Of a stretch of 64,000 bases of DNA, positions 12,634-26,583 are shown piece after piece. The position numbers and the translations under genes were made by a program. The stretch is from the human T2T-CHM13v2.0 reference genome, Homo sapiens. The stretch lies in the NCBI RefSeq assembly GCF_009914755.1, contig NC_060931.1, one strand, 5' to 3'. The stretch's first letter is position 1. Each line of letters opens with the position of its first letter. The notes beneath the pieces are model-generated. The model saw nothing but the letters and a program-made list of their open reading frames with translations, did not search any database and was not told the DNA's origin.

Positions 12634-13792
12634 TGAACGCATTTGAGCTTCATATATCAACGAGTCCATTTCACAAACATGATATTCATTAAAGGAAGCA
12701 AAAGGCAGAACACATTCAGTTGATTGTATTTGTATGCATTACATGTAGCAAAATTATAAGGAAAATAAAAGGGATGATAACTATTGAAATATTTCTTAAG
12801 CTAAGTGGAACATGCATAAATAATATTTAATAATGTGCTCTATACATTTTATGTATATAAAATATAGTTTCCTCCAATAAAGGTTATCTTATTCTGAAAT
12901 CATGGGTGGTAAGTAAAGCTTGTGAAATATGGATTATAATATGATACCTGCAGTCATCACCCTGGCACAACTAACACTTACTGGCTCCATATTCCTTACT
13001 AGGTAGAAGGCAAATGTCTCACTTAGCATGGCATAGTTCTTCTACAGTTAGAATCTTACTTTCCTTTCTCTACTCCTCTTCTCTTTTCTTCTTCCTGCTT
13101 ACAACACGTTCACTGAGTAACCAATGGATCAATCTCAGTTCCTTGAGTGTAATTTTAAAATATTTTTACCTAAAATACTTTGTTCCTTAACTTCTAACCA
13201 TCCTTTCCAACACAGTTAAAATATTGTCTTTGTGAAACTATTTCCAATTCTCATACTGTGGTATATACTTTAAGGTATTCTAATGGGCTTACATATCTGT
13301 ATTCTCCATTAAGGATAGCTCATGGAAGGTAGTGCCCTGTCTTATTTGTCATTGTTTCCCTAATACTTAGCCCAGTGTCTGGCATACTAAATGCCTAATG
13401 TTAGACAAATAAACTACTTGGAAGAGCTGTTGAAATGTTAAAATGTTCAAAAAGTTGAAGGGACAATTTCTGAATTAATGACACAATGAACAGTATCAAA
13501 ATTCAGAGAATGTCACTGTGGATGAGAGTGATCTGGAAAGATTCCATCAAAGCTGGTGGCTCTGAGGTAGGTCTAACAGGATGGGTAAGATTTGCAGTAA
13601 TTGAGGAGAGTGGTGAGCTTCCCAAGCTAACCAGTTATGAGAGCAAAGGGTTGGAGAAAGGGAAGACTTTCTTCATTCTGCAGATCTCCATGCATATGCA
13701 ACCTCTTTTAGGAAGCTAGTGTCCTTATTCTGTCTTCCGTAGACTGTTCACATTTCCTCAGTGTTTCTGGTGATTTCTCTAGAATCAAAGAC

Positions 13793-14160
13793 TGTGTTAG
13801 GGCTTCAGGTCCATGAGAAATGAAGAGAGAATGGGATAATACTGTAGATGAAGCTAAGCAAGGATACTGGTCTCAGTTAGAAGGTGGCTTCAGCCTGATC
13901 CCACAGGATCAGGAGTGTCAGTCACACCGAGTTGATCCCACCTTGAGGAAAATGCAGTCGTTTATACCCCCAGATTAGCCAGTTATTAACTACAGGCTGT
14001 CTCGAGGGGAGGGTGCCAATCTCCTGGGCAAGAGAACTCCCATTTGGATGAAGGCAATTCTCTAAGGAGGGACCAGCTGGGAACTATGAGCATGCTCAAC
14101 ATGGGTGAACTTGCCTGCTAAGGTGGATCTGAGCAAGGCATTACCAAAAAATCTGCTCAG
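13793..14160. mobile_element. Old ERVL/MaLR-type solo LTR, family uncertain
   Basis: TGT start and LTR16/LTR33-like motifs (CTTCAGCCTGATCCCACAGG; TGAAGGCAATTCTCT). Weak. Confidence 0.4.
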
Positions 14161-16539
14161 TTACCCTAGAGTGATTATACATTTTTGTCCACGCTTCTGC
14201 TTTGATGCTACTCTGTGTCATGCTGTTGTATCACCATCCCCATCTTCTGGGCTATTTATTCTGTTTTTGTCAGGCAGTATTGCTTTCAAATTGATCCTGA
14301 TCTTCTGAACACCACTAAATCTCCTGGTTATTGGCACTACTTCTTGGCACTATGGCCATTTCTATTGGATACCACCTTTTATTTATTACCAGGAAACATC
14401 AGCTCCTGCTGCTGATTCTGCAGCTTTCCGGGTGTCAAGTTCTATTCAGGGTCAAAGCCTGGGAGAGTGCTCCTTGTATTGTGTTGCATTGTATTTGTTA
14501 AATGAATGCTCAAAGGCAGGGAAGAATGTACCCCAATGCTTTTGAGAGTTAATAGTATAGGTACTCTTTCACTTGCTACTTAGAGCACTACCCTACCAAA
14601 TGCTACTCAGACTTCCCTTTCTCCAGTGACTAATGCTTTGTTATTGAAACACTATGATCTTCTCAACTCTCTGCTCCCTTTGGGTGCACCCCCTCCTCAC
14701 TGGTCTCTCAATCTCTCCTGCAAATGGACTTTTGGTAGGTCTGTGCCATCAAAGCTTTAGGCTGCCGAAACGTCTGAATTCCAGTAGTGGCAAAACCATA
14801 ACCCCAGCTACATGTGCAAAACTCTGATTAAGACTAAATTATTTAGATAATAGAAATTGTAGTTAATTCAATATGCAGTGACAATTGTGGGGAAAACACT
14901 GTGTTATGTTCTGTGCAGAATCCCATGATAGACATTTCTAACATTTTTATCAATGTCTGGGGCTCCTATCCTTCTAGGCAAATGGAAAACAGCCACTGAG
15001 CTGTGAGTGGAAATGACTTATGGGATGAAGCATTTAATTACCAGTGTCATTTCTAGATTGAAATGTTTAATTGCTCATATGAGATTCCCTTGTGCTCTCA
15101 TGCCCTTGCTGTAGCAAGTATGGAGAAATCCTGTGGACATATGGTGGAACCAATGGTTGAGCAGTCTTCATTGCGTGAAAGAGTTTCTCTCGAGTTTCTC
15201 AGACCCACAGTGGATGTTGCATAAATAAGAGAAATGAGAAATACTGTTTTTCTGAGTTAAGCCATTAAGATTTGGAATCTGTGTAAGTATAGCATAAGCT
15301 GTACTAACCTATCTTCACTAATGAAAACAACCCTGTTCTTTTCCCTCCTGTTACCCATTCTACTAAATAGTATGGTCTCCATAATGAAGAATTTTGGCGA
15401 AGGCTACAAATTAGAAAACTTTATAGTAATGAGTACTCACTTTCCCTGCCCTCTTTTGACTCATTGTATCTCCTGGCATGTTATTAAGAAATCTCTATGT
15501 TTAAATAGAATGGTTTGGCAAAAATTTACTGAACATAAATAGATTGCAGTTGGTTAATTTGCTACAGTTGTTAAAATAATACCTGAGTTACAAAATAATT
15601 TGCCTGCATAATGTAAGAAGTGAGTGATCATGTAGGTTGCAAGACCCTAGAAAGCCAAACCTTTCAAATTCTATTTTTTAAATGAAGTTGGTCAGAAGTA
15701 TGCTTTCAATAAAAGTGTTCATTTTGGAAAGTCTGGTAACTAATGCTAAGAGTTATATAAATATATAGTAAAATATGTTTCCTCACTGGAATCTTCCAAA
15801 ATAAATAAATCTAAGAAATACCTTTGTTTATACTGTTCTTGGTGAGCTGTACTGAAATAAAAAGAAAGATGGAATATGAGATATTTATGTAACAAAATAA
15901 GACTTATGGAATATTATTACTGTCAAGATAATGAATATTTCAATATAAAAAGTCTCTGTATGGTATGTGTGATATGGCATTTAATATTTATCTAAACACA
16001 TCTATTTTTTAGAAAATACATAAAACTCCATAGACAGTGAAATTTGCTGCTTTCAACCAATGGCTAAAATTTGCATCTGTCTTATGTTGGTGAATTAATC
16101 TACTCCGAATTTTCTCATATGAAAAAAATTAAATCATAATATATATATGATAATTTATATGATGAAAGAGAATTGATAAACAGCTTCAGAGAAAGATGTA
16201 TGATATCCCAAAATCAGATAGAGCTTACACTGTTGGCCAGGAATTAGCAGTTGTTTGGAATATTTCTTCCCTGTAAGCACCTCACGACATCAAATTGTAG
16301 ACTGGCTTTTCTATTACAGTCAGAGAAGACCCTTCATGCGGCATTTCTATAGAGAGAAATTTCACTGTGGTGGCAAACTCATCTATTTATTTAACACTGG
16401 TATTTCAGCCATCTGACAAATGGCCTTTTATCCAAAAACAAAGACAATGAAACACCCTTTTTCATGACCACTATTAATAATTGTAGAATTTTGGTGTTTA
16501 AATGCAGTATTAAAAAATATGTACATAACAACAACTAAA

Positions 16540-16742
16540 TATTTACTGAACATGAATTATGTGTCAGGCATTATGTTCTGTATGAATTATTTTATGTAAT
16601 TCTCAAAACCCTCCCTTAAGTTAGGTACTATTATTAGTTCCATTTTACAAAGCAGAAAGCACCGATAGACTAAGTAACTTATTCAAAGGCATAAATTTAG
16701 TCATTAATTATACATGAATTGAACAAAGATTTGTCTGGCACT
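16540..16742. mobile_element. MIR fragment
   Basis: TAGGTACTATTATTAGTTCCATTTTACAAAGCAGAAA...TAAGTAACTT core. Confidence 0.65.
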
Positions 16743-18188
16743 AAGGTTACAGAAATGGGTAAAACATGAGCCCAGTCCCTGTGGAACTTAGTGGGAGACA
16801 TAGACATGTAAATGGCAATTTAAAAGGACATGAAAAGAACCACACACTCGAAACAGGAACTGTAATTTGAGAAATAGAAAATAACATTTGAGCTGAAAGT
16901 AAGATTTCAGCAGAAAAAAGGGGAAGGTCATTCCCGACATCATATCCTGCATGTTTAGCAATAGAGAGGTATGAAGGGCCACGGAGTTTGGGAAATGCTG
17001 ATGAGTGTGTATGGCTGGAATGGAATGTGTGAGGAGAAATAAGAGAAACTCTGTGGCTCAATTCACAGAGCCAAAATCATTCGGTTAATCTTTGCTTCAA
17101 ACACTTTTACCATTTACTTACCTCCTTTTCTTTCCTCCTCTTTATGTGTTTACTATTTCCACAATAGTGCTTACGTAAATATTTTTTAAAGTATAGGATG
17201 CTCAAGATGACATATATGAGGAAATACTATATAATAGATTCAGGCACGTAAAGAAGTGAGAAAAGAGATAATATTCCTTTAATTAGACCAAAAGTAGTTT
17301 CTAAAATTAAATATCTAACAAATCCCTGAACATTCCGGATGATATAGGAAAGCAAGAAAAAAGATTGCACACACAATTTAAAATTCTGATTTCTGAGTAT
17401 CAAGCCTACTTGTGAGGTTGGACAATCCCTAAGGTTATCTAGGGCATTTGAAATATACCACAACTCCTGGGGAAACCCCTATAGAAAAGCAAATTTGTTT
17501 TAGAAAACAAAAACAAAAACCAACCAGGACTCTCTCAGTTTATGTTTAAATATGCTAAAGTAATTCATTTCAGAAGACAGTGTGCCAAAAAATTAAGTAA
17601 AATAAAATAAAAAAGAAAATTCTAAGATTATCTAGAGCAATATAGAGTAATTCAGGAAAACATACATGCGTTTACTACAAATGAGAAACGCATAAAGCGT
17701 AAGTCATGAAGGGTGTTTTCTACCAAAATTATGATTATTATCTATCAAAATAATAATTTCTAGGAAAATAATGATAAAACAAACGTTAATTATTTCTAGC
17801 CCTTTCTAGCAAGACAAGAACCTGCTATAGAAGTAAGGAGGCCAAACATGAAAGAAACCATGTATAGTGCAACAGGTGAAGGCCTGCAGGTATATTAAAA
17901 GTAAATGCTTGTTTTACTTTTTTACCCTTCAAGAACAGAGCTATTTTGGGAAACGTGTCTGACATAATAGTATGTGGTGGCAAAGACTGATGAAATAATT
18001 TGTGCATGAAAATAATAATAAACAGCATGAGTTAGAAAGTTATGAATGCAGATATATGTCATATATCTGTGTCATATATATAACACACATGACACACAAA
18101 ATTTATACAGAGACCCCAATGCATATAGTTTCACAGAATATAATATAGATGGAAAAGAGAGAAGAAGCAAAGAAGAAGGCAGAAGAGA

Positions 18189-18655
18189 TGTGGCAGAACT
18201 TTTTTCCAAAAATGGCCACAATATTTCCATCCTATATGTTTTTTGATATGCCTTCCATTGAGAGATGGGGTCCACTCAATATTTTCCCCTTTAATTTATG
18301 TCTATAACTATGTAAATAACATGACTGTGTCAAATTCTATTGAAGAGAAATATCCCAAGGAGAAATATGATGTGTCGATGGTTAAAAGAATTCGTCTGAT
18401 TTTTGAGGGTAGGTAATGAGAAATGAAAGTTTCCATCTCGTTCTCTTTGGATACTCTGCTTTGGGGCTCTGAGCCATGATGTAAGATGTTTGAGGCCGCC
18501 ATCTGGTAAGCCCAGGCCATATGTAGATTATGTGACCAACAGCTCCAGCTGAGGATCCTGCCAACAGCTAGCATGCATCCAGGTGATTCCCACTCCCAGC
18601 CTTTAAGTCCTTCCAGCTGAGGCCTCAGATATCATGGAGCAGAGACAAATGTGGA
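18189..18655 (+). mobile_element. MLT1 (F/G/H-like) MaLR LTR fragment, interrupted by a ~90-bp insert
   Basis: TGTGGCAGA...AAAAATGGCCACAAT start; CCCAGCCTTTAAGTCCTTCCAGCTGAGGCCTCAGATATCATGGAGCAGAGAC block. Confidence 0.65.
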
Positions 18656-18909
18656 CACATACCTCTCATGAGTAAGTAATGATGTTTATTTAAGAATGAA
18701 ATAAAAATACTATTTTTCCTTTTAATTTATGTGTATTGTATTTTCATGAGACTACTACTGTAAGTTGTTGAGACATAACTACTTATTAGTTGATTGGACA
18801 TAATAAACAAAACAATTAGGTATTTCATGGAGCCTAGGGACACAGACAGTGAAAAGAATTACAGAGACACTAAGGGCACCATGAATAAAGAAGGTTTGGG
18901 CTCCCTGAA

Positions 18910-19086
18910 TTAACTCATTTAATTTTCATATCAACCGAACAGGTGATTCCATTCTCATTTCCATTTTATAGGAAGTGAGGCATAGAGAGGTTTACACTAT
19001 CTCACACTGCTAAAGAGTATTATGCAGGGTTTGAACCCAGTCAATCTGACGCCAGAGCCCACACCCCAAACCAGTACAACTACTGC
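18910..19086. mobile_element. MIR fragment
   Basis: CCATTTTATAGGAAGTGAGGCATAGAGAGGTT...GGTTTGAACCCAGTCAATCTGACGCCAGAGCCC. Confidence 0.7.
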
Positions 19087-20134
19087 TTCTATGTCTACAG
19101 CCATGTAATTAACATAACAGTGTCAAACAAACTCCATTAAAGAGAAATATCCCAAGGAGAAATAATTTCAATCAGAATATTATAAGAAGTATATGTTCAA
19201 GCTGGAAAAGGAAGAAATTTTGTGAATCATTGTACAAGGAGAAACCTAAAGCCCTGGTGAGCCTCAAAGACAAACACGTTTAGTCATGGGCAGAGTCAGT
19301 ATAAGAACCTATTTCTCCCTGCTTCCAATTCTGATATACCTGCCTTCTAACTGAAGAAGTTCTGTCCAGGAGTGGCAATCAAAAAATAGGATATGCAGAT
19401 ACTCATAATGCTATAAAAGGACATAGAAAAATAAACACCTGAATGTGAAGTATAGCGACATGGCAGTTATTCTTGTAGCTGACAAGAATCAACAGATTAA
19501 AAATCAGTTGTTTTTCTGCTGAACTCAGGGGTTTTGCAGTGTTTATTCTAGTCACAAAGTAGAGCAACTGCTTTGATTGGACAGTCAAATAATTCTCATT
19601 AAAAGTCTCTAATTTGAGTTCTCTGCTTCCACAATCTGTAAAATACTTTCTTCTTTTGTCCTCCCTAGCAGACGATATAATACTCATTTCTTTTCTTGTT
19701 ACCTGGCTTCCTCACCAGCTAGACGTTTCTAAACGGCTGGGACCATGCCTTTTGCCTCAGTCAGGATCTCTAGTGTCAGTCAAGAACAGTGCCTAGTATG
19801 TACTAGGTGCTTAAGAGATGCTTGCTAAGTGAGTCTGTAACAAATGTATGTTGGCAGGAAGCTATATGTGAGCTATCATATAATTTATTTAATCAGCCTA
19901 AATACAGACTTACCTCCAATGTCTCTGTACAGAAACACCTGATTTCAACTTTACAGAAGCAAGAAATAAATATCTGTTATGTTAAGTCACAGAGATTGTG
20001 AAGTTTATCTGTTATAAAGGCTTCTATTACCTTAGGCTAAAATGACCTCTGTTTTCAACAAAACTTAATCAAGAGTCAGGCCTCATCTTACACATTCAAG
20101 CTCACTTGCAACCATTATCCAGATGCAGGTCACA

Positions 20135-20793
20135 CACCAGGTCCAACATGATCCTAAACAAATGGTAGTTTTTCGGTACTTTGTGATTCATTTACTTCAT
20201 TTATATCAGCCTCACATATTGCTTTATGAAAATGATTCAACAGACTTGCAGTCTGATCTGAAAGTATTTTATGAGACACTAAGCACAAGGAGAAGCACAC
20301 ATGTCTTCTGAGTGCTCTGATAACTCAAGATGATTATTCTCACCTCTTTACCTTTGCTCATAATGTTCATGTTGCTTGGGATATTCATTTTCTTTCTTTT
20401 TAACAATACCAAACTGTTTCTTGATTTCCTAGCTTACACTCCACTTTGTTGCACTTTGTCTAAAAGTTTCAGACCCTCCCACCACTTTTTTTTTTTAACT
20501 TAAATAGCATGAGAACTCTGGACTATACCATTTGACTCATGACTATTCTGTCTTGCTTCACATCTTATTTGTTTGTCTGGATTCCCCAGCAGGACACTAA
20601 CGTCCTTTACTGAAGAAACCAGTCATTACAGTATCACGAGGTCTAATTTGGTCCTAAACAAATGATAGTCTTTCAGTATTTTATGATTCTGTTACTTCAT
20701 TGATACCAGCCTTACATACTTCTTAATGAAAACTGATTCAACAGACTTCAAATCTGATCTGATAGTAGTATTTCATGAGGCTCTAAGTACAAG
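20135..20793 (+). repeat. Dispersed direct duplication of ~155 bp (20135-20289 and 20635-20793)
   Basis: Colinear alignment, e.g. TCCTAAACAAATG, TTACTTCATT, TGATTCAACAGACTT and TCTGATCTGA occur in both copies. Confidence 0.9.
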
Positions 20794-21927
20794 CAAAAGT
20801 TGGTAATACTAAAGAGGAAGGAGGGCTCATTTATTGGAAAACATGTATGTTAGACCATACATTGTAGCAGAGGAAGAAAAGCAGTATGAGTGGGTGGAAG
20901 GTTAGCTGTAGTTCATGGTCAAATGTGGAAAGGTCAGTAGTTACAAGGAAATAAAAGAGTCAAAAGACCAGCACAAAAGGAGCTGAAGCTTGGATTACAT
21001 TGAGTTAAGCTGTTTGTGTCCCACTGATGCCCATTTGAACACTCATAGGCTTTATTCTTTCTATTTCAGTATTAGAGAATTATATGGTAGTAGCTTCTTA
21101 TATGGTAGATCTTCCCTTAGGTTCGCTATAATTGCAGTTTTGGCATTAAGGCCAATATTGGCGGTGACACTGATGAATTTGGATTATCCTGAGATTATGA
21201 GATATGTATGGGTTTGGGCATATTTGCAGTATGGTAACGTCATCAAAGGATACAGTTTATGTTTCTTAGCAACCTAGAATCGATCAGCATCTTGATGCAA
21301 TTTTATGTGGCTCTTTAATTGCTGATTTTGTAGTGTTCGAACCTTCTAATGATGTAACAGCTGAAAGAGGATGTGCAAAAAGGCATTGTAAAAAAAAACT
21401 TTTTGGCTGCTTTTTGTTGGGCACCAAGGAAACATTTTGGCTGTATCTTTCCATCTAAGTGAAAAGAACTAAAGAAATGTTCTTTCTTCTCCATGCAGTG
21501 TAACTAAATTGTCTGGGAAAAAATCAGCATTCACATGTCTTGGACAAGTGAGAAGAGTGCTGTTTACCATCTTGCATCATTAGATATGACACTTTTATCA
21601 TGCTCTGAAAAGATATAAAATAGGTCATTGGAATAAGGACACAGTATGGAAAATAGATGAAATCAGATAATAAATTGCAAATCTGTTAAGCCACGCTCCA
21701 TTTTTATCCTTCTCTTTTTTCTTTTTGTCTTCCCCTGTGGCGTGGAAGAGATACTTCCCTTCACGTCCTGCCTTTTGCTTCACCCTAGACAGATGCTCTC
21801 CCAGAATCCAAGATAATACATGTTTGTCCACATGGTAGACTGCACTAGCCTTCTCCAATGTAGGATAAATGTGCCCGTATGCTACAAGGAAACAGAATTA
21901 TTGAATCTGCTCTTGGCAAACTAACAC

Positions 21928-22230
21928 TTTTTTTTTTTTTTTTTTTTTGAGACAGAGTCTCACTCTGTCACTCGGGCTGGAATGTAGTGGTGCGATCTCC
22001 GCTTACTGCAAGCTCTGCCTCCCGGGTTCACGCCATTCTCCTGACTCAGACCCCTGAGTAGCTGGGACTACAGGCCACTGCCACCATGCCCGGCTAATTT
22101 TTTTGTATTTTTAGTAGAGATGGGGTTTCACCGTGTTAGCCAGGATGGTCTCGATCTCCTGACCTCGTGATCCACCTGCCTTGGCCTCCCAAAGTGCTGA
22201 GATTACAGGCGTGAGCCACCGTGCCTGGCC
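21928..22230 (-). mobile_element. AluY
   Basis: Y diagnostics GCAAGCTC, TTCACGCCATTCTC and GTTAGCCAGGATGGTCTCGATC; TSD AAACTAA(C/T)ACTTTTT. Confidence 0.93.
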
Positions 22231-22603
22231 AAACTAATACTTTTTATTGTGTGCCATAGGTCCCATAATGCCATTTGATATTAACCATCTCCAGTAACAT
22301 CAATAGTTGCAGGAAATCAGTAGAAAGGAAGGACTATTGAGAGAACAATTTGGCCATCTCTTTGCTTCCAGGTATATTTGTATCACACTGCAAAGCAAAA
22401 ATAGGCTAAATGTTGAAATACCGATGTGGAAAACTATCTTTAAAATGCAAATAAAATTTGGAAGTTTTATTCCATCGTTTGGGCTATTTTCACTTGCTCT
22501 GTCCTTGAGGGCAGCACAGCAACATGGTCACCCTTCTTTGAATAAAGACCAAATTGTTTTAATGGATCTTCATCTCATAGAAGAGGTAAAATGGCAGAGA
22601 TGC

Positions 22604-23031
22604 TTCTGTGGTTTGAGTATTTGTCCCCTCTAAAACTCATGTTGAAACTTAATCCCAGATGTGGCAGTATTGAGAGGTGAGGCCTTTAAGAGGTGATTGG
22701 GTCATGAGGGCTCTGACCTCGTGAATGGACTAATCCACTCATGCATTAATGGTTTAGGAGGTTAACGGATTAAACAGTTATTGTGGGAATGGGACTGGTG
22801 CCTTTATAAGAAGAGGAGAGAACTGATCTGGCACCTCAGCCCCCTCGCCGTGTGATGCCCTGCACTGCCTCAGGACTCTGCAGGGAATCCCCACCAGCAA
22901 GAAGACCCTCACCAGATGTGGCCCCTTGACCTTGGGATTTCTCAGCCTCCATAACTATAAAAATATTTTCTTGATAAGTTACCCAGTATCAGGTGTTCTG
23001 TTACAAGGAACAGAAAACGGGCTGAGAGACA
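22604..23031 (+). mobile_element. MST-family (ERVL-MaLR) solo LTR
   Basis: TTTGTCCCCTCTAAAACTCATGTTGAAACTTAATCCC start; TTACCCAGTATCAGGTGTTCTGTTAC...GAGACA end. Confidence 0.85.
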
Positions 23032-24981
23032 TGCCCAGTGAGGATGGTGGCTAGGAAGTGAATGACACAGTTGCTTTCTGCCTGCTGCTTTCTTGAACAG
23101 GGAGACACTTGTCTAAGTGATCTGCATTAGAGGAGTGCAGATCACAAACAAAGACGGATTTATGTGAGTAAAGAATTATATATACCCTAAAGCAATGTCA
23201 TTATGGCAATTATATTTAAGGATTTTGGTAAAGTCTTCAGAGGAGTATAAACTATTAAAAAAAAGGAAACAGCTGTTAGAGGGGTTTATATCTTAAAATA
23301 ACAAAGGTACTTGCATGTGTGAAGAATGCCAACATCTTAAAAACATCTTCAATATAATTGATATTGATGACTTTTGTTTTCACTTCCCAACCACCTCTAA
23401 ATAGTTTCAGTACTTCTGAAACTTTATTTTATGTTTTTAAGTGTTTTTTTTTTTAATAAGTCTTCCCAGTTTGGTCTACTATATTAAGCTCAATTGTGAA
23501 GTTATTAAGCTCTTGGAATGGGCCTAAACTACGAAAATTTGAACAACACCTAGAAGAAATTAATAGTCCCATAAACATTTTGCCTTAAAGTAAAAGATGG
23601 TTCCAAGATGTCCAACCTGGGAAGAAAGATGATAAAAGTGACTGAAATAGGATAAATAGAAAAAAAATTAATAGGAGAAAAAATAATTATTTTAGCTTGT
23701 GGATAAATATCTGTTATAGGACTTCTACCTGTGAATGTTTAATGGCAGTTGGAAGAATAGATTTGGACACGCAAGAGTTAGGAGTAGAGATGCCAGTTTA
23801 ATAGGCATCTACATTCTCTTGAAGGTTCGTAATAGGTAAGTTTACTGTGATCTTTCTCTCTCATTCCCTAGCCTCTACTCAGCTTTGCTGAATCAATTTC
23901 TTCTCCCGAAATTTTGATATTTTTTCTTTCTAATATGCTACATTATACTTTTGCATGCAGCATGAGGGGTTAGGGTCAGGGAGAGAGAAAATGAAGAGAT
24001 TTCTGTTTATTTCTGTTACTCAGCTAAGTATCAGAAACACCACAGGGGGTTAAAAAGGATGTCTACGGAGGTGCTTGCCTGAGAAGTCACCAGAGGAATT
24101 GTGTGCAAACACAGAAACCCTTTGGTAACATGAGCTGTGTTTCCTTGTTAAATTGACCCTGCTGTCTGACACCCTCTGTTGCTACTGTTACATCACAGCT
24201 AGGTCAACATCCAGATTCCTTTACCAACTATGTGAGAATCTACTAAAAGCATTCTCTAATAATACAGTCAGCCCTGGGAAAGACATCTGAGCTTTAATTA
24301 AGCAATGTATGTGGGGGAAAATTTCTGGTATCTTGTTTAATAGACAGGTGTAACATATTCCTCTCTCCAAATATGCTTTTAGATGACATGGGGTAGGTTT
24401 AGAGAGATTTATAACAAAATGAAACTGATGTGGCAGTAGAATTTGTTAGCCCATTCTTTTATGTTTCTCAGCAGAGATCTTTACGTGGTAAAATGTCAGA
24501 TTAGGGCTCAGCGTAATGATTTTTGGAACATGATAATGTTATTTCAGAACACTTCATTTAGAAAAATATCTTTGTTCGAATACTTCCTGATATTAATTTA
24601 ATTTGCTTTGGTGCTCGTGGGTTATAGGAAGTGTAGCTGCACACTTCTTTGCACTTGCCTCACAAAACTTCCAACAGAAACCAACCAACACACATCTCAT
24701 TAATCTTCTTAACACTAAGCAGAAAAGACCAAATTGAAAATACGGCGATCTTTCCATGAATGCACATCAGGACTGGTTTGTTTATCTCTGAGCAGGCATG
24801 TGTGATGAAAACAGTATGTCATTATGTAGCTTCCTAAGTGGAGAGCTGGAACTTTGTGAAGAACAAGGAGCCTGCCGTGAGGTTGGAAGTTTTTACTTCT
24901 TTGCGCTATCATTTCTATTGCTTTGACTGTGGTATCTTCCAAGTGTCAGGAGTTACTTCTTCCCTAAAAGAACTCTGGTTG

Positions 24982-25123
24982 GGCTGGGAATATCGGCTCA
25001 TGCCCAGCACCTTGGAAGGCTGAGGTGAGAGACTCAGTTGAGGCCAGGAGTTCAAGACCAGCCTGGGCAACATAGTGAGACACCATCTCTATAAAACAAA
25101 ACAAAACAAAAACAAAAACAAAG
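24982..25123 (+). mobile_element. FLAM / Alu left monomer with (CAAAA)n tail
   Basis: GGCCAGGAGTTCAAGACCAGCCTGGGCAACATAGTGAGAC followed by an A-rich tail. Confidence 0.85.
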
Positions 25124-25879
25124 ATCCCTCAGGCAGTTTGTTGAGAATAAAGCATGTCTTAAGCCACATGCCTTTATTTTTTTACCCTTGCTCTGTCTCG
25201 TTAAACTGTTCTCTCAAAAAAATTCATCATCTGAAGTTTAATATTTTTTATGCTTCATTCCACAACTTCTTAGTGAGTTTCTAAAATTAATACAAACAAC
25301 AAAAACCTATGTCACGAATGGAACACAAGCAAATAAGGCTCAGACATTTAAAAGCCGATGGCAATGTACATCAGGATAAGATTATGTTAAAATAAGGATT
25401 GTAGACTCTGTGTGATAGTCTTCGTGCTTGATTTTGTGCTGATTGTAGGATATAAGTATAAAGATAATAATCCAAATTAAAGTGCCCATCTACTGTAACA
25501 CAAGCTATTATCTCTATATGATATCCAACACACGACAGATATTTGATAACTTATGACAATAAATATCCTAAGTTCTTACAGCCATATGAAGCACCTAGAA
25601 TTACCAACTATGAAGCTGTTAGCCATTTACACTTGTATATTAAGTTAAATATTTATTAGGATTAGAAGTCAAATAGAGGGCTAGTAGAATATTGGAAAGT
25701 GTGTTTTCCCTTTGAGTGTAAAGCTCCATTTGGGATGGAGTGTTGAGTGGTAAAGTCTTTTCAGCATGCTTTCTGAAAGTTTTCTCTTTACTCTCATTTT
25801 CACCTGGGTAAAAAGAATGTAGGAATGATTAACAGGGTGGTTAATGTGTAGCAGCTGAGACAAGGTTCTACAGATATAG

Positions 25880-26222
25880 TGTGTAGTCTGGTAGGAAGAA
25901 CCATGTCCCCCTCCACCCACTTTGTTCACCTCCCAATCCATGGAAACTATGAATATATTACTTTAGATGGCAAAAGGGACTTTGCAGAGGTGATTAAATT
26001 AAGAACCTTGAAGTGAGAGGATTAGACTAGAATATCCAGGTGGGACCAATCTAGTCACCCCAGTCTTTAAAAGCAGAGAAACTTTGCCAGCTATGGCCAA
26101 TGAGTGCTATGTCGATGGGAAAGTCAGTAGGATGCGACTTGAGCGTGGAAAGGGGCCACGGGCCGAGGAATGCGGGCAGCCTGCAGAAGCTGAAAGCTGG
26201 AAAATGCAAGGAATGGAGTATT
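25880..26222 (+). mobile_element. MLT1 (D/E-like) LTR, 3'-truncated
   Basis: ATGGCAAAAGGGACTTTGCAGAGGTGATTAAATTAAG; GGGGCCACGGGCCGAGGAATGCGGGCAGCC. Confidence 0.75.
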
Positions 26223-26512
26223 GGTGAGTTGAAATTGGCTTAATAATTCCCTAATACTAATGTGCACAACAAACTCATGGACTGCTTGTTTAAGATGCAT
26301 ATTTCCAGGCCCCATCCCAGGCATTCTGATTCATTCAATCTAGTGTGAGGCATTAAAATCTGTAATTTAACTCCATTTCAACAAGTGATCAAGATAGGCT
26401 TTGAAGTCCATTTTTGTTTGATCTTATTAAAAGTAAGTTGCCATATTTAACATTTAACAGTCTTATTTTCTATTTTTGTATTTCAGAATCAGGGAAAAGT
26501 CCTCTCTCCCTC

Positions 26513-26583
26513 TCACACGCACATGCTCACAGGCACACATGCACTCACACACACACACACACGTTCTCTCACACACACACACA
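26513..26583. repeat. Imperfect (CA)n microsatellite
   Basis: Interrupted CA run. Confidence 0.85.

Noticed and set aside
20635-20793. Duplicated unit as a C/D-box snoRNA pair (ends in CTGA)
   Set aside because: No RTGATGA C box conserved in both copies and no terminal stem.
20990-21277. 95-aa hydrophobic ORF / possible plus-strand exon
   Set aside because: Non-ATG start, no recognisable homology, weak donor; compatible with chance in AT-rich DNA.
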